Source of the DNA: Klebsormidium nitens
Lineage: Eukaryota > Plantae > Klebsormidiophyceae
Direction of reading: 5' to 3'
Length of the DNA: 64,000 nucleotides
Assembly: GCA_000708835.1 (NCBI GenBank)
Contig: DF237288.1
Span: 36,505 to 100,504 of the forward strand
This document shows, in pieces, positions 1 through 15,825 of this stretch. The translations under genes and the position numbers were made by a program. How positions within the stretch are numbered: the first letter of the stretch is position 1; every line of letters starts with the position of its first letter. The notes below the pieces were generated by a model. That model made no database searches. It was not told the origin of the DNA and was given only the letters and a program-made list of their open reading frames with translations.

Positions 1-2374
<2,374 letters not shown>

Positions 2375-2584
2375 CTTCGCCCCAGCTCAGGAGGCTCGAA
2401 GCATTCGTCTGCACGAACAGCCTCGGCAACCCAAGAAAAGACAAAGAGCTTCTAGCCCTCCCAAGCAAACTTCTCACTTTGTTCAAACGTTCCAAATGAA
2501 AAGCTGGCTGCTGCGCCCAGGCTCTCACGGTGACATGCCCCACATTATCATATGCTGTGAACTTTGAACATACGGAACTACAAC

Positions 2585-2773
2585 TACCGTACTGCTTTCG
2601 GCGAAAAATAAATAATTATTTGGCCTGCTGAAAATTTTAAATAATTATCCAAGGGCGATAATGGTCGATAACGGTTCTTTTTAGCAGGTAACGTTGGGTC
2701 TGCCGAAAGTTTAAAACGTTTCATAATTAATTATTTTGCGTCGAAGGTGCCGATATTAAAAAGCAGTACGGTA
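2585..2773. mobile_element. Putative MITE (Tc1/mariner-like, TA target duplication) in the kinase/ABC1K divergent intergenic region
   Basis: Perfect 14-bp inverted repeat TACCGTACTGCTTT (2585-2598) / AAAGCAGTACGGTA (2760-2773), i.e. TA + CCGTACTGCTTT ends. AT-rich interior with nested imperfect inverted repeats (2597-2619 vs 2723-2745, 20/23; 2624-2634 vs 2678-2688, 10/11). No ORF. Confidence 0.65.
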
Positions 2774-3585
2774 ATACAAGTACAACTTCAAACACTCAGG
2801 ACTGCCACAGTGCCACTGACAAAACAGACGACCGACGTCAGTTCTCGAGCTGCTGGCCCGACAAGTGGTCGCCCGAAAATGCTTCGAAGCCTTCGAGAGC
2901 TCACAAGAACGGTAAGCTCTTGACGGTTCAATTAAATGCCACATGTATAGTTTTGGCACAGAAAATCACCGGTTTTGGAGACGTTAGTCCGGTTATCCGA
3001 AACGACAGCCGTTTCGCGGAGCGACCAATCTTGCATTAAAAGTGATCTCCATAGACCTAACAGAGGCATGACACTGACAGTTCGCACCAGACTTCTACAA
3101 GAAACATTTCTTTTGTTTTCTTAATTCACAGAATCCGGTTTATGTAAGACCTCCGTTCGACCTTACCGGTACCATAACCCTCTACCTCTGATTAAACTGC
3201 AGGATCTGTGGAGCTCAGAATATCGAAACCAGAGATTATCGCACCACGTCCGTCAAAAGTTGAATGGTGCGAATGGCAATGAGTCGTCAAACGTCCATGA
3301 CGTCCTCCTCAGCCGTTCAGGTTGAACGTAGACTGGAGACTGAGTCCAGTCTGGCTGGCACAGAGAAGCTTCCAACCCCGTCACTCTCTGATCACCTGTG
3401 TGCAAGTCGGACTGGGTGGCTCAAGTTGCTTGCTAAGGCGTTCCTGCCGCCTGCGCTGTTGGGCAGGTCAGCTACCGTCGGCCAAGACCTGCTGGGACCT
3501 TGTGCTTGCCTCTGCTTGTGTCCGTAGCCGGGGACATCCTTGACTGGTGTATTGCAAGATTTTGCTGCTCAGGCGGAGCGAGGAC

Positions 3586-6500
3586 ATGGCAAGGGCCAAA
3601 CTGCTGCCATGCACAGGGTCTGGCACCTTGCTGGGGAGAAGGTTGAAAGTGTTTGCAATGGCCATTGCTGTCTTCTTCGACTACAAGGTATGTTGTTGGC
3701 GCCTCCCTTGCTGGTCTTAAGGCCGTTCTAAGCATTCGCTGCCCTAGCTGCCCCCCCCACCTGTAGCTTTTCTTTGACCCTGCAGTGATCTGCGATGGTG
3801 GCCGTCCCATCCTGTGTCCATGCATGGGCTGCCCTGCCCCCTGACTGGCCTGCCTCTGCTGCGTGCAGCGGCTGCAGCGGCGCAGCAAGTGGATCAAGGA
3901 CAGCGCCAAGGTGGACGCGCTCTACGAGGCAGCCCACGAGCGCAACGCAGCGCGCATCTTCTCCACCATCTGCGCCCTTGAGGGCCTCTGGGTGAGTGCC
4001 ACCACTTGATACTGGACGCGCCGTTCCTCACTGCCTGCCTGCCCCGTCACCTGGACAGAGTGCTCCATGATCAGATCTGAGGATACAATTGACTCATCTT
4101 TGGGCGGCACCCCCCCTTGCGCAGGTGAAGGCTGGGCAGTATCTGTCCTCGCGCGCGGACGTGCTTCCGGAGGCGTACATCAGCAGACTAAAGCTCCTGC
4201 AGGATGCGCTGCCCCCGCGCCCCTTGGAGGAGATTGTAGAGACTGTGGAGGAGGAGCTGGGGGGGAAGGTCCAGGACCTCTTCACATCATTCGATGAGAC
4301 GCCACTGGCCACAGCCTCCATAGCCCAGGTGATTGCCAGACGGCTTGTTGCGGAATTTCTTTAGGTCGTTAATAAAGTGAACTTCGACCAGAAACAGAGC
4401 TCTGGTTGATTTATTATTCCCCACAGTAAGTCTGTCATTTGATTACTGAAAGAGGCTGATAGCACCACCTTTTTCCCTTGTGTTGTACATGGGCAGCTGT
4501 CATGGGCCCGCCTGGAACTTCAACTTACGATGACCAGCTACTCCCAGATTCCTGGAATTTGTCAGTCATGAGCCATCGGTTCATTGCCCAAAACTTTGAA
4601 GGTCCAGAGTTTTACAGCGTCTAAGATGGGCGCTCTTCTCTTTGAAGTTTTCAAGACCGCTGGCCTGCGGTCTGACAGCCCGTCTTGTGTCAGGTGCACC
4701 GCGCGGTGACGCTGGAGGGGCAGCAGGTGGTGGTCAAGGTGCAGCACCGGGGCATCAAGGAGGTCATCCTCCAGGTGTGGCCCCGCCCCTCACCTGCTGT
4801 CACTGCCCTGCTTATTCTGGAATGCCAGCCCTTCGATTGGTACGACTTGGGTGCTTGGGGTGGGTTGCATGTGTTGCTGTGCTTGGCCGTGTGGACCCGT
4901 CTCATGTGCGCTGCAGGTTGTTGAGGGGTTGCCAGTTCTGAGGAAAGCGCGTATCACTTCACTCTGGGTGTGCTCCTGCAGGATCTGTCCAACCTGCGCA
5001 CCATCGTTGAGTGGATAGCCTGGTCGGACCCGCAGTACAACTTCGGGCCCATGATTGATGAATGGTGAGTTGCTGCTGCGTGCATCTTGTCGGCAATCCG
5101 TCAGCCTCTTTCCGTCACATCCTTGTTTCTCAGAGCTTCAACGAAACCTTGAGCATTGTTGTGTCGTTCTGTTTCCGGCAAGGTCTGCTATTGGCGCCAT
5201 TTTCCAGCCATGTTGACGCATGACACCGTTGCTTTTTGGCATTCGAACTTCGGAATGTAGTTCGATGTTTCGGTTTCCCTCTGCAGGTGTGCGGAGGTGC
5301 CCAAGGAGCTCAACTTTGAGGTGGAAGCGGGTAAGCCGCCCCCGTTTCAACTGGGCCCGTCGAGAAAACGGGACCATGCTTACGTGGTATTAGCAGGTCC
5401 TTGAAGGCTGTGCTTGCAGAGGTCGTCTCTCGGTAGTCAGGATGAACCTCCCGGCCAGAGGGGCCAGAGACGTGGCAGCTTGTCTCGCAGTGGTTCGAAG
5501 AAGACGCAAACCAGCCTCAGCGATGCCACAAATGATTGTGCCGCCTACTATCTTCGTGCGCCGCAGCCAATACGGACCGCGTGCGCACCAGCCTGAGCGC
5601 GGATGCCAGCGCTGCGACGCGGGTAGAGGTGCTGCTGCCGGCGGTGGTGCGGGCCACGCAGCGCGTGCTGCTGCTCGAGTTCTTTGACGGGCTGCGGCTC
5701 AACAACCGCGCCGCGCTGGACGCGCACGGGGTGGACCGGCAGCGCCTCGTGGAGGTCATCTGCCGTGCCTATGCGCGGCAGATCTATGTCGACGGCTTCT
5801 TCAACGCAGACCCGCACCCTGGCAACTTCCTAGGTAAGCCTGTTCAGCGAAAACCGTCGCTTTGTCCACCGATGTGTCCTGCAGTCGGCTTGCCTGCAGT
5901 CGCCCCTGGCTCCTCGAGTCTCTCCTCTCTGGCCTGCCTTCTTGCCTTGAGATCGTGCCTCCGATCCTGTGTGGTGCAGTTTCGAAGGTCCCTCCCCACG
6001 CTCCAATCCTGCTCGACTTCGGGCTGACCAAGACTTTGCGCCCGGCCATGAAGGTCGCCCTCGCCAAACAGCTCTTAGCCGCGGCCGAGGTCAGCCCCGC
6101 TGCAGTTCGCCCTGTCTCCTGTAGGACCCACCATGCTTTCTCGACTGTTTACAGCATGTGTGAAATCTAGATTGTCAAGTGGAGGCCGGTCCTTTCAGGC
6201 TAGTAAACCCTCCTGGTCTGGGTTGATCAGGCGCACTCTTTCTCTTGCCGAATCTGACTGGGCTTTGCGTGCATTGCAGATGGACATGTCGGCGCTGCTG
6301 AGCTCGTTCGAGGAGATGGGCCTGCGCCTCAACCGCGACATGCCCGAGGAGAGCCTGGCGCTCACCAACTTCTTCTTCCGGAGGGCCGCCCCCGCTCAGG
6401 AGGCCAAGGTCAGCGCACGCCCCTTCCATTGACATGCTGCAGGCCACGTACAACTGCTTCTGTGAAGGAGTCCTCGCAAAGCTCAACTCTGGAAACGTAG

Positions 6501-9500
6501 GGTATGTGCCTCGGTTCAGATGTGTAAGCCGGGCATGAACGAGCGGATGCTAAGCCCATAGTTCGGTTGCGTGGCCGCTCGCAGGCCGAATTCGAGAAGT
6601 GGCGGCAGGAGCGCGAGGAGGAGCAGAAGCGCGCGGCCGACGAGGACAAGGGCCTGCGCAGGAACCCGGTTAGCCTGCCCCGCCCCGTCCTTGCCAGGGC
6701 GGCCAGCACGGCCGCTGACGTCTGCAACATGTCAAGCCAGCTGCAGCACACGGTCATTCATATGTTAACTTGTCGCTTTCCAACTGTCCCATGCCTCGCG
6801 TCTTGTGTGGCCTCCTCGCACAACCTTTGAGTCTCCCGAATTCAGGGATGACGAGTCCGACACGAAAGCCTGGTCGAGCACGGCTCTTTGCACGCGTGGC
6901 AAGGATGCGTCCCGCTGGCTGACGGTGTCCCGGCCCTTCTGTCGCAGGTGGACGCGTTCCCGGCGGATGCCGTCTTTTTCATCCGCGTTCTCAATCTGCT
7001 ACGAGGTACAGCGTCAAGCCTCGCCCTTCTTCATGTGCAGTGCGAAGCCACCACCCACCGCGGTCAACCTGTCATGTCTTGTATAGACCGTCGTTCCGGT
7101 CGCTTTCGTTCGCGCTGCTTATTCTGGAAGCGTGTTGAGTGAAAGCAGCGAGAGTGTATTAGCAGGCAACGGATAAAACTACCTTTCCTACAGCGTTTCT
7201 TCCACGGACACAGGCATCACCCTCCAAATTTCGGAGGTCCTCTGCTCTCTCCGTCCTTTTGCTGGGCGCATGCCGACTTTGCTGACGGCGGGCTGGGCTG
7301 TCGGGTGCAGGCTTGTCGAGCAGCCTGGACACGCGCATCGAGTACCTCGAGGTGATGCGCCCCTTTGCGGAGGCCACGCTGTCCAGGTAGCCCACCGCAA
7401 AACCCACATATTTGCATCACACTCAGTTGAACATCTTCAGCGCCAGCCCTGACCACGTTTTGAAATCCAGTCTAAATCAGCAGCCCAGTGCGCTTCGTCG
7501 TGCGTACCCCTCTTACTCTCTGCACGGTGCACAGTGCTCCTTTGTCGATCTCTGAGCTGCTCCTCTCCCTCTGTGCCGCAGCGAGCTGCAGTCTGCGGCC
7601 GGCCCTTCGGCCCCCTCGTTCGTGCTGGCCACCCCTGTTCGCAGCGTTGTGGACGAGCGCGTACGCGCGCTGCTCACCCAGCTGGCGCAGGGCGGCAATC
7701 TGCAGGGCATCCAGGTTAGTCGCTGCTGCGCTGCGAGCGTCCGGCCCACTGATTATCGGCCGGACTGCCTTTGCGCCACACTGCCTTGCTGCCTGGCTCC
7801 GTTGTATGGCTTGGCTTGGTTGCTTGTGCTGTAATTGACTGAGAGTATACCGATCTCTGTTCTGCCCAAGGTGACGGTTTTGGTGCTTCGTTCAGGGAAG
7901 GGCTGCAGGTAGGTGTTGAAAGAAGTTTGCGTTTTGGGGGTAGCGGGAACGGTTGCGAATGTTTAAATGGGGCGTGGGAAGCTGGATGGAGATGGTGTGG
8001 CACGCCGCCACGGTTTCTTCTTCCTTCACCGCCTGTGCTGCTTTCCCCCCAGTCCTCTGCCTGACCGGGTGCCGCTGTGCAGGTGTGCGTGTACCACCGG
8101 GGCGCGGTGGTGGTGGACTGCGCGGGGGGCCGCCTGGGCCGGTACGATCCTCGGCCCGTGCAGCTGGACTCGCTCTTCCCCTGCTTCTCCGTCACCAAGG
8201 GCGTCACCGCCGGCCTCCTGCACTGGCTGCACGACAAGGGGTGAGCGCCACACGATCGTTGAACCGGGCGGCTGTTAAAAGTAGACAAAGTGTGTTTGCG
8301 TTTCCCTAGTGCCCCTTGCATGGCGAGGCTTGGTTGCGAGGAGGCACCGCGAGCGGTCTCCGCCCTCGCTCACAATGCTTTGGTCTACATCACGGGGAAC
8401 AGAACGTGGAGAGGCAGTGCGCGTATCCCGTGGCTGCCTCCACTGACTCGGCCGCCTGTCTGACGCCCCGCTCGTGCTGGTGCAGCAAGCTGCCGTTCGA
8501 CGCGCTGGTGGGCAGCGTGTGGCCCGGCTTCGCCAAGAACGGCAAGGAGACTACCACCGTGAGTGCTATTATCCGCTCAGGCAGCGACGGCACTGTCAAA
8601 ACTCCGCCTTAAAGGCTTCTACGTTCCTAGCAGAGAATAGACCTTTTAAAAAACTCAACACTCTCTATCGAAGCCCTCCCCATGCCAATGCCCGAGCCTG
8701 CCGTTTCTCTGTTCTGCTGGTTGCCCCTGCCCGCTGACCCGTGGCTGCTCCAGGTGGCCCATCTGGCGACCCACCGTGCGGGCCTGCCGCACGCGGGGAC
8801 CAAGGACGTGGTGGCCAACCCCACCGTGGTGCGCGACTGGCAGAGCATGCTGCGCCTCATGGAGGAAGCGTGGCCCGAGACGCCGCCCGGCACGAACCAG
8901 ATGTACCATTGTGAGGCATCCTCGCAGGATCGAGGCGTTGCTGTCGTTCGGACTACTTTTCCATTGCAGCAAATTGCCACCAAGAGGCCCTTCAACTTGC
9001 TTCTTGCTTATACCCTGGGCCCCCAGTGTACTGCTTTTGACAAGCTGGGCCCGCACACAGGATCTTAGAACCTTTGGTGGCTTGTTTGGATCTCCTTGCA
9101 AGGACGTGTCCTGCGGTGCTCGTTGTAGCGCTATACGTCCTGCATCTCCATGCTCGTCTCCTCCTTCCAGTTGGCCGCTTTCGTCTGCTGAAGAGGATGT
9201 GGAGTAATCCAAGTATGCTGTGCTGAGGTCCGGTCCCAAATTGGCCGCAGATTTGAGCTTTGGCTGGCTGGCGGGCGGCCTGATCGAGGCCGCTGCGGGC
9301 CACTCGTACGGGCGGCTGCTGCAGGCCGTGTTCGCCACCCCGCTCGGCCTGGACGGCGAATTCTACGTGGGCATACCTCCAGGTCAGCAGCGCACTGACA
9401 GGGTCTTCTTCTGTAAATGCCGCAACCAATAGCCGTCGCACATTTGCGGGGTGGGCAGCCCTGTTCGGGGCGTCATTCCAGCACCCACCCCCAGGGCCCT

Positions 9501-10657
9501 GGATCGAATACAAAAGCGGGCACTGATCCGGCGATCATTTTATCGAAGACCAAAGGTCGTGTACGTTCCGGATAGCTTTGCTTGCTTCAGCTTTGCAAAA
9601 CAAGCAAGACGAGTTTTCGCTTGTCTGAGGATACGAGCGTGTTGTGTTTGCTTCGGCGCAACAAGACTTGCAAGAGCTCCCAAGCTTTATATGGTGAACT
9701 TCGGTACCAGTGAACTCCGCTTGTCTTCGCCCTCCCGCAGGTGTTGAGACCCGCCTGGCCAGCTTAAGTATGGACCGCCCGACCCCCGGAACGGCGTTGG
9801 CCACCGCGCTGGCCACCCGTCAGAGTGTAACACCACAACCCGGGGCAGCCGCTTCAAGCAGCCCGGCAGGGGACGCCCCCGTGCCCGTGGTCGAGCCGCC
9901 GGGTCCGACCTCCGAGGTGGGTGACGCAGGCCCAGGCAGCTCTGCTGACGTGGCAGCGGGGGTGGGGCCGGGGGGCAGCAGCTCAATCGGAAACGTAGGA
10001 AACCTGGCGGCGCTTCCGCTGGTGTTTAACAACCTGTTCGTGCGCCGAGCGTGCATCCCGTCCGCCAACGGGCACTTCTCTGCGCGGGCGCTAGCGCGCT
10101 TCTATGCATCCATGGCGCGAGCGGGGGCCATTCCGCCAGCACACCCCGGCTGGGATCGCTCCACTGAAACGCCCCAAAAAGCGGCCGAGAAAGGAGGGGA
10201 CAAAAGTCGGCCGGGGCTGTTCCGGAGAGGTGTGAAGAAGGGCAGTGTTGCGGAGGAGACGCCCGCCCCCATTGACGTGGCGCTGAGCAGCGACGGGCGG
10301 TTGTTCGATCGGCCGGCCGAGCAGGTATTTGCGGGCATCACCGGGGTGGGGCCGTACGCCCCGCTGGTGCCGCCTGAGTCGCACTGGGGCCTGGCCTTCG
10401 GCCGCTTCTTCCTCCCGGGCGTCAGCGCGGCCGACCAGAGTGGCGGGCGCGTGATCGCATTCGGGCACAGCGGCATGGGCGGCTCCACCGCCTTCTGCGA
10501 CCCGGAGCACGACTTCGCGATCGCGGTGACCATCAATAAGATGACGGTCGCGCACAACGAGACCAAGGCCGTGGTCCGCCTCGTGTGCGAGCAGCTGGGC
10601 GTGCCCGTCCCGGCCAGCTTCCTGCTGCAGCCACCGCCGGAAGCACAGGCCACGTAG
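3586..10657 (+). CDS. ABC1/UbiB (ADCK) atypical kinase fused to a C-terminal serine beta-lactamase/esterase domain (Arabidopsis At5g24810/ABC1K11-like)
   Basis: Start MARAKLLPCTGSGTLLGRRLKVFAMAIAVFFDYK. ABC1K motifs: LEGLWVKAGQYLSSRADVLP, PLATASIAQVHRA, VVVKVQH, ELNFEVEA, DGFFNADPHPGNFL, LLDFGL. Beta-lactamase motifs: GVQVCVYHRG-like start, FSVTK (SxxK), HLATHRAGL, MYHYLSFGWL, FGHSGMGGS. Canonical GT-AG introns throughout; stop TAG at 10655-10657. Confidence 0.92.
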
Positions 10658-12813
10658 AAGGGGGGGGAGCGGAGCGCCGCTTTGTCCTGCATGTGCCGGC
10701 GGCAGAGGGTCCTGCTCAGGACAGGTTTCAAGGACCGCTTAAGACCGTTCGTAGAAAGGTGCGGTTACTGTTGAAGCAGACAGAGTTGTTCACCAACTTG
10801 TATCATACATATATGCTTGCATTGGGCAAATTATTTTCAGCAGGATTGACTACTTCCGGAAAGATTTCTTCGGTTGAAACCGCTATTTTTATCAACGAAA
10901 CTGCAACCTAAGATTTGGCACGGACACTGCTTATGCACATAGTCGATCACGAAAACTACTCGTTTGTCTCGGTTTCTACTTTCGACGATTTCGATCGACC
11001 TTCTGGCACGCGCTGCTCATCAGATGAGCATGTCGACTCCGGGATTTGCTAAGCCATGGTGAGAAATGTTAAATTGGACATAAATTGTATTGCTTCCTTG
11101 CAAGTGTGAGATTGAGAAATGTTGTGGCCTCTAAATTATTTACCTCTACTTACACTACTTGTATGCTCTTCGACCTCGCGGGCCATGCCATACCTGTGGT
11201 CATTCGATATTTCACCAGTCCACATAATATTCGAACCCGCACGTCAGTCAGCCTATAAGCGCGGCTTGGAGTGGGATCAAATGGATTCCTGCCTGCATGC
11301 AATGCAATGTTAAGCAGGTCGACCTGTTCGACTTACGAAGTGTTACAAAGAGTGCTATGGATAACCATGAATTCGGACGTGTATGTTGACGAGGAGACGC
11401 AGATTTAATTCATTCGCACCACCTACATATATGTCACCTGTATATTGAGATTGAGGCGCATAAAGTAGCAACCTCCGACCACATGCATAAATTCAAATCG
11501 GCCAACAACCATGTGACAGCTAGACTACGTCCGGGCCGGATCGGTGAGCGTCGCAGTTGCAATCTGGCCGCCGGAAGCCAGGTTAGTGCGAAGCACTTAA
11601 CATCTGGTCAGGTTCTTGATCGAGAGTGCCGAAGTCGCTGCGCCCTGAATCACCAGGCTTCTAGTTCACAAAGAGTCAGGACGGTACTGGGGGAATGCAG
11701 AACCAGAGCCTCCGAGGTTTGGTTCAGCATGAAGGTGTAAAGGACCGAGCGTGTAAACCAGGGTCGTCTGTTGAGTGCTGTAGCAAGCGATCAGGGTGCA
11801 AGCATTCCAATTATTCGGATGGGCCCCATCTCAATTCGAGCGTTGAGTGCAGACAAGATCTTGCGTGCTGACGAGAAACTTCTAGTTCGTGCTTCTGGAT
11901 CTTATCCGAGGTTCGCAGTTGGTTGATGAAGTAAAGAACAGCGTTTGGTGCCAATTGCGTCTGCACAATTTGATACACAGCTCGCGAAACTTTTCAGCTC
12001 GAAAAGACAACCGACGACCACACCAACCACAGAAACCCCTCTCCAGTGGGCAAAACACACATTGATGACCATGGCTGGATGAGCGGTTTGATCGTGACTT
12101 GCATCGATTGATTCAGGAGGACCAAACAACACAGGCAAACTTTGATGCAATCTGTTCCATGTTCCTGCAGCTGAACGGCTGCTTGCCCACTGGTGGCATA
12201 AGAGCGGGCACTGCAGCTGGTGGTCTAAAATCTACAAAGATTCAACTCCAAACCCGTAGAGTTTTGGGTCTGAGCAAGCAGCCATTAAGGGGTGGGCAAG
12301 GGCTGGTCAGGGTGACTTTTACACGCAAATATCTCCTAACCCTCTCTTAATCGTACGATTGAACTCCTCGCTATAACAACCGAGGACCACGTCATTGCGC
12401 TCGGAACGACCATCAGGTGCAATCGCAACCGTTCAGAAAGGGCAGCTTCGTATCTGGCGGTGCGGAACAATGGTTCCGTCATTTGGGTAAGGTTCGGTCT
12501 CCCCTGTGTGCGATCCCTGTGTGCGATCGGTGACGAATCTCTACATAATGCCCGCCATTTGATTGGCCGGCTCAAGTTTGTAAGTTAGTCTGTACCAATG
12601 GACAATGCTGCAAGGTTGAGCTCGGGTCGAACGGGCCACAGCGCCTGAAGGACGACGCTTACTTTTTCACTGCCAAGCTACGAATGTCAGGGGAGGAAGA
12701 GGATTGCAAGAAGGAGAACGAAACGTGATGTCACACTTGGGGATATCTCTAGAAACGTAACATTCAGTCAGTTGCTGAAGCGCTGCTTCTGAGCACTGCC
12801 AAGGCGCGAAATA

Positions 12814-14847
12814 ATGGAAGACTCTCTTCTTCGTGTGTTGTCTTCACCGAGTCAGCTAAAGGAGGAATGCGAACAATTTCTGACAAAGGTAAGACGTCTA
12901 CATCTGTGCTCTTTAAAATGATCTGCTCATCATCAAAGGAAGGGATGCTCCTATGGTGTTCGAAACGGGCATTAATTCACTTCTCTCCACCTCCAGAAAA
13001 AATCCAAGTACCTTCGTCTGACAGATATGTATGTTTTGATTGCATATTGAAGCTTGTCAACAAATTCGGTTTGCAGGAAACAGTATTTCAAGAGGAGAGA
13101 GGAGTTGGCCTGGTAAACTTTCTGAAAACGATCGTCCGTGCCGCGTTTGCAAACAGTGTTGCGACCTCTAATGTCGCAAGGGAGGTCCTTGGACGTCAAC
13201 GGGAGCTAAGAGGCGGAGTTACAGCTCTAAAATCAGACATGCAGGAGATGCTCGATCATCAGGTTTCCGAAGCCTCCAGAGATTATAGGAGGATCCTCAA
13301 AATCGTCTCTGAAGCCTCGAACATGCAAGAACGAAGGGAAGAAAGCCTACGCCAAGAAAATGCAGCCTTGAGGTTCACGATTGAGGGCAAGGAATTGCAA
13401 ATCAAGCAACTGCATGAAGCGATGAACCAACTGAAAATAGAAGCAGCGCAGGGTTCAACTGCTCTATCAAATTTGCGGCTTGAGAAGCTGCAATTGCTGG
13501 AGCGCGCCGAGGCATTCGAACGGCTCTTGGAAGAAAGGTCTCAAAACTTGGTAGACACAACGTTTAGGTTCGAGCAGCAAGGAATCAAAGATCAGTTGGA
13601 TATTTCCAGACTTGAAAACGATCTACGGGATGGGAAGCAGAGATCAGCTTTCTTGCGGGGAAAGTTGCGGTCAGGAGCTGAAGAGCTGGAAAGCGTTGGC
13701 AGACGCTTGAGGAGGCTTGAAGCAACTCTGCAAGGTCTTGTCGTGGTCCTAAAATGGCAGGCAGATGCCACGCAACAAAAGTCATGCAGAGCAAGGGAGC
13801 TGGAGAACAACATCGACCAACTCTCCTTGGCCCTTCATCAGAAACTGGAGGATGAGGCTGAAAAGAATCAGAAGGTGCTTGTACTGCAACAAGAGCAACA
13901 ACAAGAGCTGCAAAACCAAAAGTGCAGATTGACGAACCTAGAGGAGAGCATGCAGCTTGTCGAGGAGTCTCACAGGACAACAAGAGCAAACCTTAATCTG
14001 AAACAAGCACAGCTGTTGTTGAATCTCACAAAGCTTGAGGAAGCAGAAAAGCTGATCAAAAGCAAAGACATCGAGTCAAACAAGGTTCACTCAGAGCTCA
14101 GAGAGACACAAGAGAAGTTAGATCTGGTGACGCTGCAATCTGAGAGGAAAATCAGCGAATGCGAAAATCATGCAGAGGTTTGCAACAACTTGAGACGAGG
14201 AAAGAATCCAAAAGGAGCCGATGAGATTGCCTGGACGTCCAAACCCAAAGAAGTAGAGCTTGACACCTCCTTATCAAAACTCTTCGAATCAGCGAACGGA
14301 GACGAGACCGCAAGCAGATCTTCACAGTGGGGGACGGAAGCAATGAATGAAGACAACACTTTGGCGGTCTGCATTGCTGATCTCAGCAGCACATGCAAAG
14401 CCGAAAGTTCGAAGCCAACGGTTGAATCCTACGCTGACTCGCCTATAAAGAAGGTGAATACTGTCCCAAAAGGTCTTAGCGCTTGGATCGACGAAGATTG
14501 CGACGTTCTTACAGTTACTCCGGCCGACGACGAAGATTCGCAAAGTGACGTGTGGCTAGAGTTCGATGCTGCCAGGTAAGTTTGTGCTTTTTGATTGTTA
14601 GTGTACTTCTCTCGTGGTCGATATATCCAGCTTCACTGGTAAGTCCTGACAAGGAAGATTGTCATTGAGAAGCGAAACCGGCAATTAGAACCATAATATC
14701 AATACTATCGTTATCGAGATAGTATCGTTGACGATGTTGCCGTGCCTGTTGTGCAGGAACGCATCCAAGAGGGGCTTCACTGCTGAAAAGCATTTCTGGA
14801 CAGGTGCTTCAGGCCCGCCCTACAAGAAACTGCGGTCGTGCAACTGA
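12814..14847 (+). CDS. Uncharacterised long coiled-coil protein (about 542 aa in the spliced model)
   Basis: 570-aa stop-free ORF (12867-14579), rich in E/Q/L/K heptad-like sequence with an acidic disordered tail. Phase-consistent spliced model: exons 12814-12888, 12997-13028, 13077-13112, 13181-14575, 14757-14847 (1629 nt, 543 codons), giving MEDSLLRVLSSPSQLKEECEQFLTKKKSKYLRLTDMKQYFKRREELAWEVLGRQREL... The exon structure is inferred; no family recognised. Confidence 0.6.
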
Positions 14848-15825
14848 TTGTGACTCTGGCTTCCAGCCTCCACGGGCAATGAAGAGCGGCTTTAGATCTG
14901 GCCAAGCGGCCCGCACTTGAGAATTGGTTGAGATAGCACCACATACAACCAATGAAGTACGTCGAATGGGTGAGTAGATTCATATTATCTTTGCCACCAC
15001 TGTAAGCCGAGCGCTCTCGGCAGCGTGCATGTGTATACATGTAGGCAATGCATCTCCTGAAAAGCGGCGCGGTACATGATGCAACAGTCCCTGCGCTGTA
15101 GTTGGATACACATTCAAGGCCTAACTCGCAATGTGTACCCAGGACTCTAAGTTGACCACTGAATGATGCATCGCGGGTGTGTACCGTTGGAAAGAACTAA
15201 GTTAGCTCTTCTTGATCATGCATAACCCGCATTTCAAGCACATGGGTACATGCATGAACCATGCAGGCTTTGGGTTAGACTGCCGGCGCAAAGTGAAGCT
15301 CTTGTTGAATATCACAATGATGAACGAAAGGGCCCAGGCTGTCATGGGACGACTGGCCATCACCCGCCGCCGCACGGCGTCCCTAGCTCCATGTACGTGG
15401 TCAGTAAACACTTATTAGCTCGAGAAATCTACATTTGGGTCGGCATGCTTATCTAAGCCCGAAAGCGAGTCTTAGCTCAGAATGCATACTGCACTCGGCA
15501 AAGTGTGCCAAAAGTGATCGAGCAAGAGTTGGAGGAAGATCCCAATGCAGCTAGGCGCAGTCAAAAGCTTGCAATGCACATGCCATTCTAAGATGAGTAT
15601 AGTTTGGATCTGAAAGACAATCTGGACCAGCCCTTTACACGAAATCATGCCGTCTGCCAAGAAGCGTCAAAGTGAACCCTGTCTAGACAATTGAACGAGG
15701 CAATCTTTGCGACTTGTGGCGAGGCCTGGTATGCCCATAAGAAATCACATCGAGAAAGCATATTATATCACCGGGATGGCATACTAACAGCGCTCTTACA
15801 GCATGATCGATACCCGTCAACAGAA

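Noticed and set aside
11902-12350. Short ORFs or a possible gene fragment in the ABC1K to coiled-coil intergenic region
   Set aside because: No recognisable domain, frames interrupted by stops, and no convincing exon chain.
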